A stretch of DNA of 64,000 nt from Gammaproteobacteria bacterium Ga0074134 (GTDB lineage: Bacteria > Pseudomonadota > Gammaproteobacteria > Ga0077554 > Ga007554), in contig LNEJ01000059.1 in the NCBI GenBank assembly GCA_001464965.1, positions 5-64,004 on the forward strand, written 5' to 3'. Each line of letters begins with the position of its first letter. Positions within the stretch are counted from its first letter, which is position 1. Made by a program: the position numbers and the translations under genes. The notes beneath the pieces were generated by a model, which did no database searches, was not told where the DNA came from, and saw only the letters and a program-made list of their open reading frames with translations. This document shows positions 11,188 to 21,500 of the stretch, in pieces.

Positions 11188-12579
11188 TTACTTCTGCGCA
11201 GCCGGGCGGCCGACGACTACTGTGATCATCCTGTCAGGCTGTATGCGCCGCTTGAAGGCATCCTGGATTTGCGGCAGGGTGACGGCATCCACCTTGGCGA
11301 TAAAGGTGTCCAGGTAGTTCAGCGGTATGTTGTAAAAGCCGATCATGCCGATGTAGTCGACGATCTTTTTGTTGGTGTCGATGCGCAGCGGAAAGCCGCC
11401 GGTGATGTTTTTCTTTGAGGCTTCGAGCTCCTTGGCGGTGGGGCCTTTTTCAACAAAGGTACGCAGCGTGTCGCGCATTACCTTGAGCGCCTCATCGGCC
11501 TGATTGGATCGGGTTTGCAGGCCCATGGTGAACGGCCCCCGGTCGCGCATCGGCATGAAGTAGCTGTAAACGCTATATGACAAGCCGCGCTTTTCGCGGA
11601 TTTCCTCGCTCAGGCGCGACACCAGCCCGCTGCCGCCCAGGGTGTGGTTGCCCACGTACAGCGCGAAATAGTCGGGGTCGTTGCGGCTCATGCCTGGCTG
11701 GCCGGAGAGGATATGGGTTTGCGCTGAAGGGTATTCGATGGTGACGGTTTGGGATGCCGCCAAATCGTTCACCTTGGGCAAAGCGGGCGCAGGCTCGCCT
11801 TCCGGAAGCTTGCCTACCAGGGTGTCGGCCAGTGCTTGCGCCTGGGCACGGTCCAGCGCACCGACGATGGCCACCACGGCATTGCGCGCCACATAGTAGC
11901 GGCTGTGGTGGCTGACGGCGTCATCGCGGGTGAGCGCATTGAGTGATTCCTCGGTGCCTAGCGGTGGCGCGCCATAGGGGTGGTCGCCATACATGGCCTT
12001 GTCGAATGCCTTGTCGGCAATGGCCTCCGGCGATTGCTGCTGCTGGCGCAGGCCGATCAACATGCGCTTGCGCACACGCTCGAATGCGTCCTGCGGAAAG
12101 GTGGGCTGACGCAGAATCAGCGCCAGGGTGTCGAGGGCCGGTTGCAGCACCTCCGGTTTGCTCAGGCTACGCAGACTGACCGTGGCCGTGTCCAGCTCGG
12201 CGGCGGTGGCGAATCGCGCGCCCAGATCGCCGAAGCGCTCCGCAATCTGGTCAGCGTTCAGGTCGCCAGCACCATCGTTAAGCAGGCCGTTGGTAAGTTT
12301 CGCCAGGCCGCCCTTGCCGCCATCGCGCGCACCACCCGCGTCGAACATGACGCGCACATCGACTATCGGCAGCTCTGGCGCGGGCACGAAATAGATGCGC
12401 GCGCCGTTGGCGGTCTGCCATTGCTGGATCGCGGGGGCGGCGCTGGCAAAGGTTGCGGGCAACAGGCTGAATACTGCGACAACCGCAAACACAGCGATTT
12501 TTCTTGCGTTGTTAAGCATGGGGTGTGGCTTCCTGGGCTGGGAGGTCGTGGAATTGGTCATATTGAGATTAACGGCCAT
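11188..12579 (-). CDS. M16 family peptidase, non-catalytic subunit
   Basis: Motifs SRLSEEIREKRGLSYSVYS and GLAKLT; no HxxEH. A GGAGG RBS precedes the ATG at 12579. Confidence 0.88.
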   Translation of the reverse strand: MAVNLNMTNSTTSQPRKPHPMLNNARKIAVFAVVAVFSLLPATFASAAPAIQQWQTANGARIYFVPAPELPIVDVRVMFDAGGARDGGKGGLAKLTNGLLNDGAGDLNADQIAERFGDLGARFATAAELDTATVSLRSLSKPEVLQPALDTLALILRQPTFPQDAFERVRKRMLIGLRQQQQSPEAIADKAFDKAMYGDHPYGAPPLGTEESLNALTRDDAVSHHSRYYVARNAVVAIVGALDRAQAQALADTLVGKLPEGEPAPALPKVNDLAASQTVTIEYPSAQTHILSGQPGMSRNDPDYFALYVGNHTLGGSGLVSRLSEEIREKRGLSYSVYSYFMPMRDRGPFTMGLQTRSNQADEALKVMRDTLRTFVEKGPTAKELEASKKNITGGFPLRIDTNKKIVDYIGMIGFYNIPLNYLDTFIAKVDAVTLPQIQDAFKRRIQPDRMITVVVGRPAAQK

Positions 12580-13951
12580 GGCGGCCTCCTCCGGCGGGCA
12601 TCGCACCGTGCGCTGGCTTGTCGCTCATCGGCTGCGGATCGAGCACCGCCACGGTAAGGCCGTCGTCCACAAGATATTTGCGCGCCACCTGCTGGATCTG
12701 TTCAGGGGTGATGGCGCTGAGCTTGTCGACATACTCATCGAGCAGCTTGGGATCCAGCCCCACTGTGACCAGCGTGCCGATCTGCATGGCCTGGTAAAAC
12801 GGCGAATCCAGTTCGTAGACCTTGCTGGCGATAACCTGAGCCTTGATGCGGGCAAGCTCCTGCGCGCTCACCGGCTCGTCCTGGAGGCGCTTGATCTGAT
12901 CACGGATCGCCTGTTCCAGGTCCGCCACGCTGCGATCCTGGGAGGGCGTGCCGGCGAAGTTGAAGACATCCGCGCCGCGGTTATACATGTTATAGCCTGC
13001 GCCCGCTTCGGCGGCGATCTGTGATCCGCGCACCAACTCTTTGGCAAAACGCGCACTGTCGCCACCATCCAGCACGCCGGCCAGCATCTCCAGCGCGTAG
13101 GGCTCCCAGCTTTCCTTGGCGGTCTTGATGACCGGTACCTTGTAGCCCATCAGAAGATAAGGCAGCTCCGCTGGGGCCTTGACGGTGACGCGGCGCACCC
13201 CCTTTTGTTCTATTTCCTGGCGCGGCTTGGCGGGGGTTATCTTGCTGGGTTTGAGTGGTCCGAAATACTGCTTGGCCAGCTTGAACACGTCATCGGCATT
13301 CACATCGCCCACCACCACGACCGTGGCGTTATTCGGGGCATACCATTTCTGGTACCACTCACGCAGGTCCTCGGCACGGAGGTTTTCCAGGTCATCCATC
13401 CAGCCAATAATGGGGTGACGATAGGGGCTGTTGACGAAGGCGGCGGCGGTGAACTGCTCCTGGGTCAGGGCCTGTGGCTCATCGTCGGTGCGCAAACGGC
13501 GCTCCTCCATCACCACCTTGATCTCTTTGGCGAATTCCTCTGGTTGCAACAGCAGATTGCGCATGCGATCCGCCTCCAGCTCGAAACTCACTTTGAGGCG
13601 GCTTTTCTCCATTTGCTGGAAATAGGCGGTGTAGTCCTGGCCGGTAAAGGCGTTCTCACGCCCGCCGTTGGCGGCGATGATGCGCGAAAATTCCCCGGCA
13701 GGGCGTTTGGGAGTACCCTTGAACATCATGTGCTCCAGCACATGGGAGACGCCGGTGATGCCATCGTGCTCGTAGCTGCTGCCTACCTTGTACCAGACTT
13801 GCGACACCATCACCGGGGCGCGATGATCCTCTTTGACAATCACGCGCAAACCATTGTCCAGCGTGGTTTCGCGCAAAGCGTTCTGCGCCTGCGCGGATGA
13901 CATGAAAGACAGGCTGAAAAAAGCTGTGAATAGCAGAAAGCGTATCGGCAT
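12569..13951 (-). CDS. M16 family zinc peptidase, catalytic subunit
   Basis: Inverzincin motif HVLEH and NAFT; signal peptide from MPIRFLL. Confidence 0.9.
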   Translation of the reverse strand: MPIRFLLFTAFFSLSFMSSAQAQNALRETTLDNGLRVIVKEDHRAPVMVSQVWYKVGSSYEHDGITGVSHVLEHMMFKGTPKRPAGEFSRIIAANGGRENAFTGQDYTAYFQQMEKSRLKVSFELEADRMRNLLLQPEEFAKEIKVVMEERRLRTDDEPQALTQEQFTAAAFVNSPYRHPIIGWMDDLENLRAEDLREWYQKWYAPNNATVVVVGDVNADDVFKLAKQYFGPLKPSKITPAKPRQEIEQKGVRRVTVKAPAELPYLLMGYKVPVIKTAKESWEPYALEMLAGVLDGGDSARFAKELVRGSQIAAEAGAGYNMYNRGADVFNFAGTPSQDRSVADLEQAIRDQIKRLQDEPVSAQELARIKAQVIASKVYELDSPFYQAMQIGTLVTVGLDPKLLDEYVDKLSAITPEQIQQVARKYLVDDGLTVAVLDPQPMSDKPAHGAMPAGGGRHGR

Positions 13952-14070
13952 ATAGATGTAGTCCTTGTTGTTGTCTTGAAGCCAGACTGAAATCGGGGCA
14001 TGAATGATGTTAGAATGCCCTGCATCATCACGCCTGATCTCAGACACTGAGCTTATTGACCGAGAATAGC

Positions 14071-15102
14071 ATGTTTGGTTTCCTGAAAAAAAAGGGCGAC
14101 GATAAAATTCCGCCCGATTCAATCGCAGCCCCGGACGCTGAAGCGCCTGTCGAGCAGCCCGCTGGACTCTTCAATCGCCTGAAAAACCGCCTGACGCGCA
14201 CCCGCCAGGGCCTGACCGAGGGTTTGGCCAGTCTGGTGCTGGGCAAAAAACAGATCGACGCGGAGGTGCTGGAAGACCTCGAAACCCGGTTATTGAGCGC
14301 CGATGCCGGCGTGGATGCCACGCGCAAGATCATTGGTGATCTGACGGCACGGGTGGCGCGCAAACAGCTCGCCGATGCCGACGCCCTGTTTGCAGCACTG
14401 CGCGAGGATATGCTGGCAATTCTGCAACCGTGCGACAAGCCCCTGGTGATTCCCGCAGGCCGCAAAACGCCATTTGTGCTGCTCATGGTGGGGATTAACG
14501 GTGCGGGCAAGACCACCACCATCGGCAAGCTCGCCAAGCGCTTTCAGAACCAGGGACACTCCGTAATGCTCGCCGCGGGCGACACCTTCCGCGCCGCGGC
14601 GGTGGAACAGTTGCAGGTATGGGGCGAGCGCAATGGTATCCCGGTGATCGCCCAGAAACAGGGGGCCGATCCGGCCTCGGTGGCCTATGACGCCCTCCAG
14701 GCCGCCACGGCGCGCGGCGTGGACGTGCTGATCGCCGACACGGCGGGCCGGCTGCACACCCAGACCAACCTCATGGAAGAACTGAAAAAGATCAAGCGCG
14801 TCATCGCCAAACTCGACCCCGGCGCCCCACATGAGGTGATGCTGGTGGTTGACGCCGGCATTGGTCAGAACGCGCTCAATCAGGCCCAGCAGTTCGGCCA
14901 GGCAGTGGGCCTGACCGGCATCACCCTCACCAAGCTGGACGGTACCGCCAAGGGCGGCACCATCTTCGCCATCGCGCAAAAAACGGGTCTGCCCATCCGC
15001 TTTATCGGCGTCGGCGAAGGCATCGACGATCTGCGCGAATTCGATGCCGCGGAGTTTGTTGATGCATTGCTGGGAGGGGAACAGCAAGAGGCAAGTAAAT
15101 AA
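14071..15102 (+). CDS. ftsY: Signal recognition particle receptor FtsY (short form)
   Basis: Motifs GINGAGKTTT, DTFRAAA, DTAGR and TKLDGTAKGG. Confidence 0.96.
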   Translation: MFGFLKKKGDDKIPPDSIAAPDAEAPVEQPAGLFNRLKNRLTRTRQGLTEGLASLVLGKKQIDAEVLEDLETRLLSADAGVDATRKIIGDLTARVARKQLADADALFAALREDMLAILQPCDKPLVIPAGRKTPFVLLMVGINGAGKTTTIGKLAKRFQNQGHSVMLAAGDTFRAAAVEQLQVWGERNGIPVIAQKQGADPASVAYDALQAATARGVDVLIADTAGRLHTQTNLMEELKKIKRVIAKLDPGAPHEVMLVVDAGIGQNALNQAQQFGQAVGLTGITLTKLDGTAKGGTIFAIAQKTGLPIRFIGVGEGIDDLREFDAAEFVDALLGGEQQEASK

Positions 15103-15165
15103 GCAGGAATTTGCATGAGCACCCCCTGTTCTATATTCTTCTTTTTACTCACCACTTTTGAAAAC

Positions 15166-15819
15166 ATGATCCAGTTTACCAACGTCACCAAACGCTATCC
15201 CGGCGGCCATCAGGCCCTGAGCAATGTCAGTTTCGAGCTGAAATCTGGAGAAATGGCCTTTCTCACCGGCCACTCCGGCGCCGGTAAAAGCACCCTGCTC
15301 AAGCTGATCACCTGTATCGAGCGGCCCACTGCTGGGCAGGTGATGGTCAATGGCAAGAATCTCGGCAAGCTGGGCCGCCGCCATGTCCCTGCGGTGCGGC
15401 GCCAGATCGGCATGATCTTCCAGGATCACAAACTCATCAATGAGCGCACCGTATTCGACAACGTAGCCCTGCCGCTGGTGATCGCCGGCCTGCACAACCA
15501 TCAGGAAATTGCCCGCCGCGTGCGTGCTGCGCTCGACAAGGTGGGGCTGCTGGGCAAGGAAAAACAGTATCCGGTGACGCTCTCCAGCGGCGAGCAGCAG
15601 CGCGTCGGCATCGCCCGCGCTGTCGTCAACAAACCGGCGCTGTTGCTGGCCGACGAACCCACTGGAAACCTTGACCCCGATCTGGCGGCGGAGGTGATGG
15701 GATTGTTCGGGCAATTCAACCAGGTCGGCGTCACGGTGCTGATCGTCAGCCATAACATCGACCTCATCAGCCGCTTCCGGTCACGCATACTGCACCTGGA
15801 AAATGGCGGGCTGGTGTAG
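15166..15819 (+). CDS. ftsE: Cell division ATP-binding protein FtsE
   Basis: GHSGAGKS Walker A, LSSGEQQRV and LADEPTGNLD; ftsYEX synteny. Confidence 0.95.
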   Translation: MIQFTNVTKRYPGGHQALSNVSFELKSGEMAFLTGHSGAGKSTLLKLITCIERPTAGQVMVNGKNLGKLGRRHVPAVRRQIGMIFQDHKLINERTVFDNVALPLVIAGLHNHQEIARRVRAALDKVGLLGKEKQYPVTLSSGEQQRVGIARAVVNKPALLLADEPTGNLDPDLAAEVMGLFGQFNQVGVTVLIVSHNIDLISRFRSRILHLENGGLV

Positions 15820-15874
15820 GGTGCGTCCCACGCACCACCGCAAAACGGTAACAGATGCACATAGCGCACCCTAT
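15816..15874. repeat. GTAG-class REP doublet between ftsE and ftsX
   Basis: GTAGGGTGCGTCCCACGCACC, then an inverted degenerate copy GATGCACATAGCGCACCCTAT. Confidence 0.65.
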
Positions 15875-15909
15875 CCCCTAAACTTCCGAGTAAGCCACAT
15901 AACACATTG

Positions 15910-16830
15910 ATGCGCATAAAAAACTACTTTCTCAACCACCTTTACGCCTTCTTTTACAGTCTGGGCCAGATGAGCCGCGCGCCGCTGTCCAGTGTCATGA
16001 CCATGGTGGTGATTGGCATCACCCTGGCCTTGCCCGCCGGGCTGTATGCCGTGCTGAAAAATGCCCAGCAGCTCAGTGCGGGCTGGGATGATGTGGCGCA
16101 AATCTCGGTGTTTCTCAAAAAGGACGTGGACAGCCAGGCTTTGGCTGGTCTGGCAAAGCGTTTGCATGACCGGCCGGATATCGCCAAGATTACGACCGTT
16201 CCGGCGGCCCAGGCGTTGGAGGAATTCAGAAAACTTTCCGGTTTCGACGACGCCTTGCGTGCCTTGGATGAAAATCCCCTACCTTCTGTATTGATAATTC
16301 AGCCGGCAGTGGGATATGCTGACCCAGCGGCCGTCGAACATTTGCAGGCGTCGCTACGAAAACTGCCGGAAGCCGATTTTGTCCAATTGGATATCCAGTG
16401 GGTACAACGCCTGCACGCAGTGCTTGAAATCGCCAAACGCGGCGTGGAGATCCTCGCCGTGTTGCTGGGGCTGGCGGTGCTGCTGATTGTGGGGAACACC
16501 ATCCGCCTGGGCGTCCAGAGCAACCGTGACGAAATCGCGATCACCAAACTGATCGGCGCCACTGATGGCTTCGTCCGCCGCCCCTTTTTATATGCCGGAG
16601 TCTGGTACGGGCTGCTGGGCGGTATCATCGCCTGGGGGCTGGTCAGTCTCGCGCTGTTGCTGCTGGATGAGCCGGTGAGGAAAGTGTCGGCCCTGTATGA
16701 CAGCGCCTTCGCCCTGGGTATGCTGGATGCCTGGACCATTCTGTTGCTGCTATGCTCTGGCACGCTGCTCGGCCTGCTTGGGTCGTGGCTGGCGGTGGGC
16801 AAGCATTTGCGGGCGGTTGAACCCGATTGA
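15910..16830 (+). CDS. ftsX: Cell division permease FtsX
   Basis: Motifs ENPLP, GNTIRL and LIGATDGFVRRPFLY. Confidence 0.95.
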   Translation: MRIKNYFLNHLYAFFYSLGQMSRAPLSSVMTMVVIGITLALPAGLYAVLKNAQQLSAGWDDVAQISVFLKKDVDSQALAGLAKRLHDRPDIAKITTVPAAQALEEFRKLSGFDDALRALDENPLPSVLIIQPAVGYADPAAVEHLQASLRKLPEADFVQLDIQWVQRLHAVLEIAKRGVEILAVLLGLAVLLIVGNTIRLGVQSNRDEIAITKLIGATDGFVRRPFLYAGVWYGLLGGIIAWGLVSLALLLLDEPVRKVSALYDSAFALGMLDAWTILLLLCSGTLLGLLGSWLAVGKHLRAVEPD

Positions 16831-16841
16831 CGGAGTGCATG

Positions 16842-16867
16842 GAACTTTTTCCGCGTTAGCACTCTAA
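16842..16867 (+). promoter_or_regulatory. Putative sigmaE (RpoE) promoter of rpoH
   Basis: GAACTT-N15-TCTAA, versus consensus GAACTT-N16-TCTRA; the spacer is one base short. Confidence 0.5.
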
Positions 16868-16882
16868 TGGTAGGAGTGCTAA
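16856..16882. promoter_or_regulatory. CIRCE element (HrcA operator) upstream of rpoH
   Basis: Perfect TTAGCACTC-taatggtag-GAGTGCTAA. Confidence 0.92.
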
Positions 16883-16985
16883 TATTGGCACCTATTTAGG
16901 GATTTCTTGAGATAGATCAAATCATGGGACCGGAAAAACTGCTATATACATACCATAATTCTAAAATGGAGAGGGGGGTACAGCA

Positions 16986-17843
16986 ATGAGCAAAACCATG
17001 CAGCTGGATTTAGTGTTGCCGCCAGTAGGCAGCATCGAGGCTTACACCCAAGCGGTGGCGCGTATACCTGTATTGACTGCGGAAGCCGAGCGCGAACTCG
17101 CGCTGCGCCTGCGCAATGAGAATGATCTGGATGCCGCCCGGCATCTGGTGATGTCGCACCTGCGCTTTGTGGTGCACGTCGCGCGCGGTTACAGTGGCTA
17201 TGGCCTGGCGCAGGCGGACCTCATCCAGGAAGGCAACATCGGCCTGATGAAGGCGGTCAAACATTTTGACCCCACCATGAATGTGCGCCTGGTGTCGTTC
17301 GCCGTACACTGGGTGCGCGCCGAAATGCACGAATTCATCCTGCGCAACTGGCGCATCGTGCGGGTGGCGACCACCAAGGCGCAGCGCAAGCTGTTCTTCA
17401 ATCTGCGCAGCTCCAAGAAGCACCTCGGCTGGTTCAGCCGCGAGGAGGTCGATGCGCTCGCCAAGGATTTGAACGTAAGCCCGGAAGTAGTGCGCGAAAT
17501 GGAAATGCGCATGAACGGCTACGATGCCTCCTTCGATCCCTATACCGAGGATGAAGATGCCGAATCCCCCAACATAGCCCCTGCGGCCTATCTGGCGGAC
17601 GCGCAGGCTGACCCTTCGCTGATGCTAGAGAACAGCGATTGGGAGTCTCGCGGAACGGAGCGTTTGCACAACGCCCTCACCGCACTGGATAAACGCAGCC
17701 AGGATATCCTTCAGCGCCGCTGGCTGGCCGATGACAAAGCCACGCTGCATGACCTGGCCGACAAATACCAGGTCTCGGCTGAGCGCATCCGCCAACTGGA
17801 AAAGAGCGCAATGAAAAAGCTCAAGCAGGCGCTGGAGGCTTAA
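16986..17843 (+). CDS. rpoH: RNA polymerase sigma-32 factor
   Basis: RpoH box QRKLFFNLR and [14 protein letters not shown]. Confidence 0.97.
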   Translation: MSKTMQLDLVLPPVGSIEAYTQAVARIPVLTAEAERELALRLRNENDLDAARHLVMSHLRFVVHVARGYSGYGLAQADLIQEGNIGLMKAVKHFDPTMNVRLVSFAVHWVRAEMHEFILRNWRIVRVATTKAQRKLFFNLRSSKKHLGWFSREEVDALAKDLNVSPEVVREMEMRMNGYDASFDPYTEDEDAESPNIAPAAYLADAQADPSLMLENSDWESRGTERLHNALTALDKRSQDILQRRWLADDKATLHDLADKYQVSAERIRQLEKSAMKKLKQALEA

Positions 17844-18068
17844 GAGCCTGTCTGTGAATAAATCATCCCTGCGACGGAGGCCGGTTTTGCGCAGGGCAAG
17901 GAAGGCTGAGCGTAGTGTGCTTGTTGCACATGAGCGAAGCGTGACACCGCACTGCGCAAAACCGGCCCCGTCCCTCCGGGTTGCGCTCCAAAACATGCCA
18001 GGCGGCGTTGCTCGTCGTTCATTTGGAATCACCAAACTTCTCTCGATTTATTCACAGACAGGCTCTTA
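17841..18068. mobile_element. MITE-like palindromic element with 24-bp perfect terminal inverted repeats at the rpoH stop
   Basis: TAAGAGCCTGTCTGTGAATAAATC (17841-17864) and its reverse complement (18045-18068); internal hairpins; no credible coding capacity. Confidence 0.85.
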
Positions 18069-18070
18069 TC

Positions 18071-18111
18071 CACCCTCTCCCCAGCCCTCTCCCGCCTTGC
18101 GGGAGAGGGGG
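18071..18111. repeat. REP-like palindrome, copy 2
   Basis: Near-identical to 11125-11165. Confidence 0.85.
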
Positions 18112-18174
18112 CATATACACACCTGTGAATGGGAATCAGCATGACGACGTAGTTTTGCCGTCATGTTCTGTGCT

Positions 18175-18477
18175 TCACTCCAACCGTCCTGCCTCCAGCA
18201 CCGGCACCATCCAGTAGTGCAGGCCGCTACCGGCAAAGCCATGCTTAAGTCCTTCGATGACTTCTCGCGCCTCCTCCATGGGGAGGTGGCATCGGAACAT
18301 CAGCCTGCGGCTGTGGCCCGCCACCTGTTCGGCTATGCTGAGGGGTTGATGCCCAGTGCCGTGACCGTTGACCTCCAGGCTCGTGAAACCGCCCACACCC
18401 TCACAGGTAAGCAGCCAGTCCACCAGTGCGTCCTCGATGGCCGGGGTGGCGATAATCTCAAGCAGGCATTCATTCAT
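18175..18477 (-). CDS. DUF3240-like small protein downstream of the czcA-like gene
   Basis: Motifs LVDWLL, GFTS, SIAEQVAG and HYWMVPV; typical position after heavy-metal RND genes. Confidence 0.75.
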   Translation of the reverse strand: MNECLLEIIATPAIEDALVDWLLTCEGVGGFTSLEVNGHGTGHQPLSIAEQVAGHSRRLMFRCHLPMEEAREVIEGLKHGFAGSGLHYWMVPVLEAGRLE

Positions 18478-18501
18478 GTTGTTGTCCTCAATCAATCAGG
18501 T

Positions 18502-21500
18502 TCAGCGTGACTCTCCGAAACGGCGGTACAAGATCGGCAGCAGCACCAGCGTTAGCAGGGTGGATGTGATCAGCCCGCCAATCACTACAATCGCCAGCGG
18601 GCGCTGGATTTCCGAGCCGGGGCCGGTGGCGAATAGCAGCGGCGCGAGCCCGAAGGCGGTGGTCGAGGCGGTCATCATTACTGGCCGCAGGCGCCGCTTG
18701 GCGCCTTCCACCACCACCTGCGCGAGCGCCATGCCCCGGGCGCGCAACTGGTTGAAGTGGCTCACCAGCACCACGCCGTTGAGCACGGCGATGCCGAGCA
18801 GGGCGATAAAGCCCACCGAGGCGGGCACCGAGAGGTATTCGCCCGACAGCCACAGGGCGAACACGCCGCCGATCATGGCGAACGGGATGTTGGACAGCAC
18901 CAGTATCGACTGGCGCACCGAACCAAACGTGGAAAACAGCAGCAGGAAAATCAGGCCTATTGCAACCGGCACAACAATGGAAAGGCGCGCGGCGGCGCGT
19001 TGCTGATTTTCGAATTGACCGCCCCATTCCAGATGGTAACCGTTGGGCAATGGTACCCGTTGCGCGACCACGCGCCGCGCCTCCTCGACGAAACCTACCA
19101 GGTCACGACCCTGCACGTTGGCGATCACTACGACCATGCGTGCGGCGCGCTGGCGGTCCACCTTAACTGGCCCTTCCACGCGCGTGAGTTTTGCCACGCT
19201 GGCAAGTGGTACATTGTGGCCATCGGGCAGGGTGATGAGCAGGTTGGCGAACGTGGCGGGCGAACCCATGCCCGTGCGCAGAATCAGTGGGGTGCGGCGC
19301 ATACCTTCGTGGATAGTGCCTACCCGGTTGCCTTCAAGCTGGGCGCGCAAGGTGTTTTCCAGTTCATCAACGGAAAGGCCGAGGCGACCCGCCGCCAGAC
19401 GGTCTATGTCGATTTTGAGAAACTGCATGCCTGCATTGCGGGTAGTGTAGACATCCTGGCTGCCTTTGATGGAACGTACCGCAGTGGCGATTTCCTCGGC
19501 CTTTTTGTTGAGGGTATCGATGTCGGTGCCGAACAGCTTAATGGCCAGGTCGCCGCGCACGCCGATGATCATCTCCGAGACGCGCATCTCGATAGGCTGC
19601 GTGAAGTTGTAGACCAGGCCGGGAATGCCGTCCATCACTTTACGCAGCTCCTCGATCAGCGTCTCCTTGCTTTTCATGCGCCACTGCTCGCGCGGCTTGA
19701 GCACGAGAAAGGTATCCGTCTGATTGAGGCCCATCGGGTCGAGACCAATTTCATCTGAGCCTACCCGTGCGACGATGCTGGTCACCTCCGGCACACGCTT
19801 CATGATCTCCTGCTGGATCTTGAGATCGAGGGCCGCGGATTGCTCAAGCGTGATCGACGGCAGCTTTTCCACGCCAATGATGATGTCCCCTTCATCCATG
19901 GTGGGCATGAAGGTTTTGCCGATCTGCGTATAGGCCGCGGCCGTAAGTGCCAATGCGACAAGCGCTATGGCGACGACGGTGCGCGTATGCCTCAGCGACC
20001 AGTTGAGCAGCGGTGTGTACAGACGGGTGAGGATACGCACCAGCCAGGGGTCACCGTGCCCTGTAATCTTGAGCAGGAATGAGGCGATCACCGGGATCAC
20101 CGTCAAGGACAGCAGCAGCGAAGCGCTCAGGGCAAACACAATGGTGAGCGCCACCGGGCTGAACAGTTTGCCCTCCAGCCCTTGCAAGGTGAGCAACGGC
20201 AGAAACACGGTGATGATGATCAGGATGCCGGCGGTAACCGGCACCGCGACCTCGCGCACCGAGCGGTAGATCACGTGCAGGCGCGGCAGGCGCGCGGCCT
20301 GTTCGTGGGCAAGATGTGCGACGCTGTTTTCCACGACCACCACCGCGGCATCAACCAGCATGCCGATGGCAATCGCCAGACCGCCCAGGCTCATCAGGTT
20401 GGCGGACATGCCAAACAGGCTCATCAAAATAAACGTGACCAGCGCGGCCAGGGGCAGCACAAGCGCCACCGTCACGGCGGCGCGCAGGTTGCCGAGGAAC
20501 AGCACCAGCAGAACCAGCACCAGCGCGATGGCCTCAAGCAGCGCTTCCGCCACGGTAGTGACGGCGCGTTCCACCAGGTGGCCGCGATCATAAAAGACCT
20601 GGAGGCTGACGCCTGGCGGCAGGCTGGGCTTGATCTCGTCGAGCTTGGCACGCACACCTGCCACCACCTGCCGGGCGTTGGCGCCGCGCAGCCCCAGCAC
20701 CAGTCCCTGCACCGCCTCGCCCTGGCCGTTGCGCGTCACCGCGCCATAGCGCGTCAGCGCGCCGATGCGCACCTCGGCGATATCCGCAACGCGCACCGGC
20801 ACACCATGGTCGTTTTTGACCACGATGGCGCGCGCGTCGTCGAGGTTTCTGATGCGGCCCTCGGCACGCACCAGCAGCGCCTCCTCGCCATCATTCACGC
20901 GCCCCGCGCCGTCATTGCGGTTATTCATCTCCAGTGCCTGTTGCAGCATTTGCAGGGTGACGCCGCGCGCGGTCATGCGCACATTGTCCGGCGCCACCTC
21001 GAAGGCGCGCGCCAGCCCACCCAGCACGTTCACATCAGCCACGCCCGGCACGGTACGCAGCGCCGGACGTATCACCCAGTCGAGCAGGCTGCGCCGCTCC
21101 ATCAGTGTCAGGCCACCGCCCTCGATGGTGAACATGAACATTTCACCCAGCGGCGTGGTCAACGGCGCTATGCCGCCGCCGATACCGGGCGGCAGATCGC
21201 CACGCACGGCGTTGAGACGCTCGGTGACCTGCTGGCGCGCCCAATAAATGTCCGTGCCGTCAACGAAGTCCACGGTGACATCGGTGAGCGCGTATTTGGT
21301 CACCGAGCGCAGCATGGTCTGGTTGGGGATGCCCAGCATCTCCACCTCGATGGGCGCGGTGATACGCGCCTCCACTTCCTCGGGCGTCATGCCGGGGGCT
21401 TTGATGATAATCTTGACCTGAGTGGACGACACATCCGGGAAGGCGTCGATGGGCAGGTTTTTGAAGGCCAGCGTCCCGCCTCCCGCCAGTAGAGCGACCA

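Noticed and set aside
17840-18217. Short ORFs inside the MITE after rpoH and across 58794-59127
   Set aside because: They derive from palindromic repeat sequence and show no transposase motifs.
18757-21492. Long plus-strand ORFs opposite czcA, and similar shadows opposite glmU, malic enzyme, ftsY and psd
   Set aside because: Antisense shadow frames typical of GC-rich coding DNA; no recognisable motifs.
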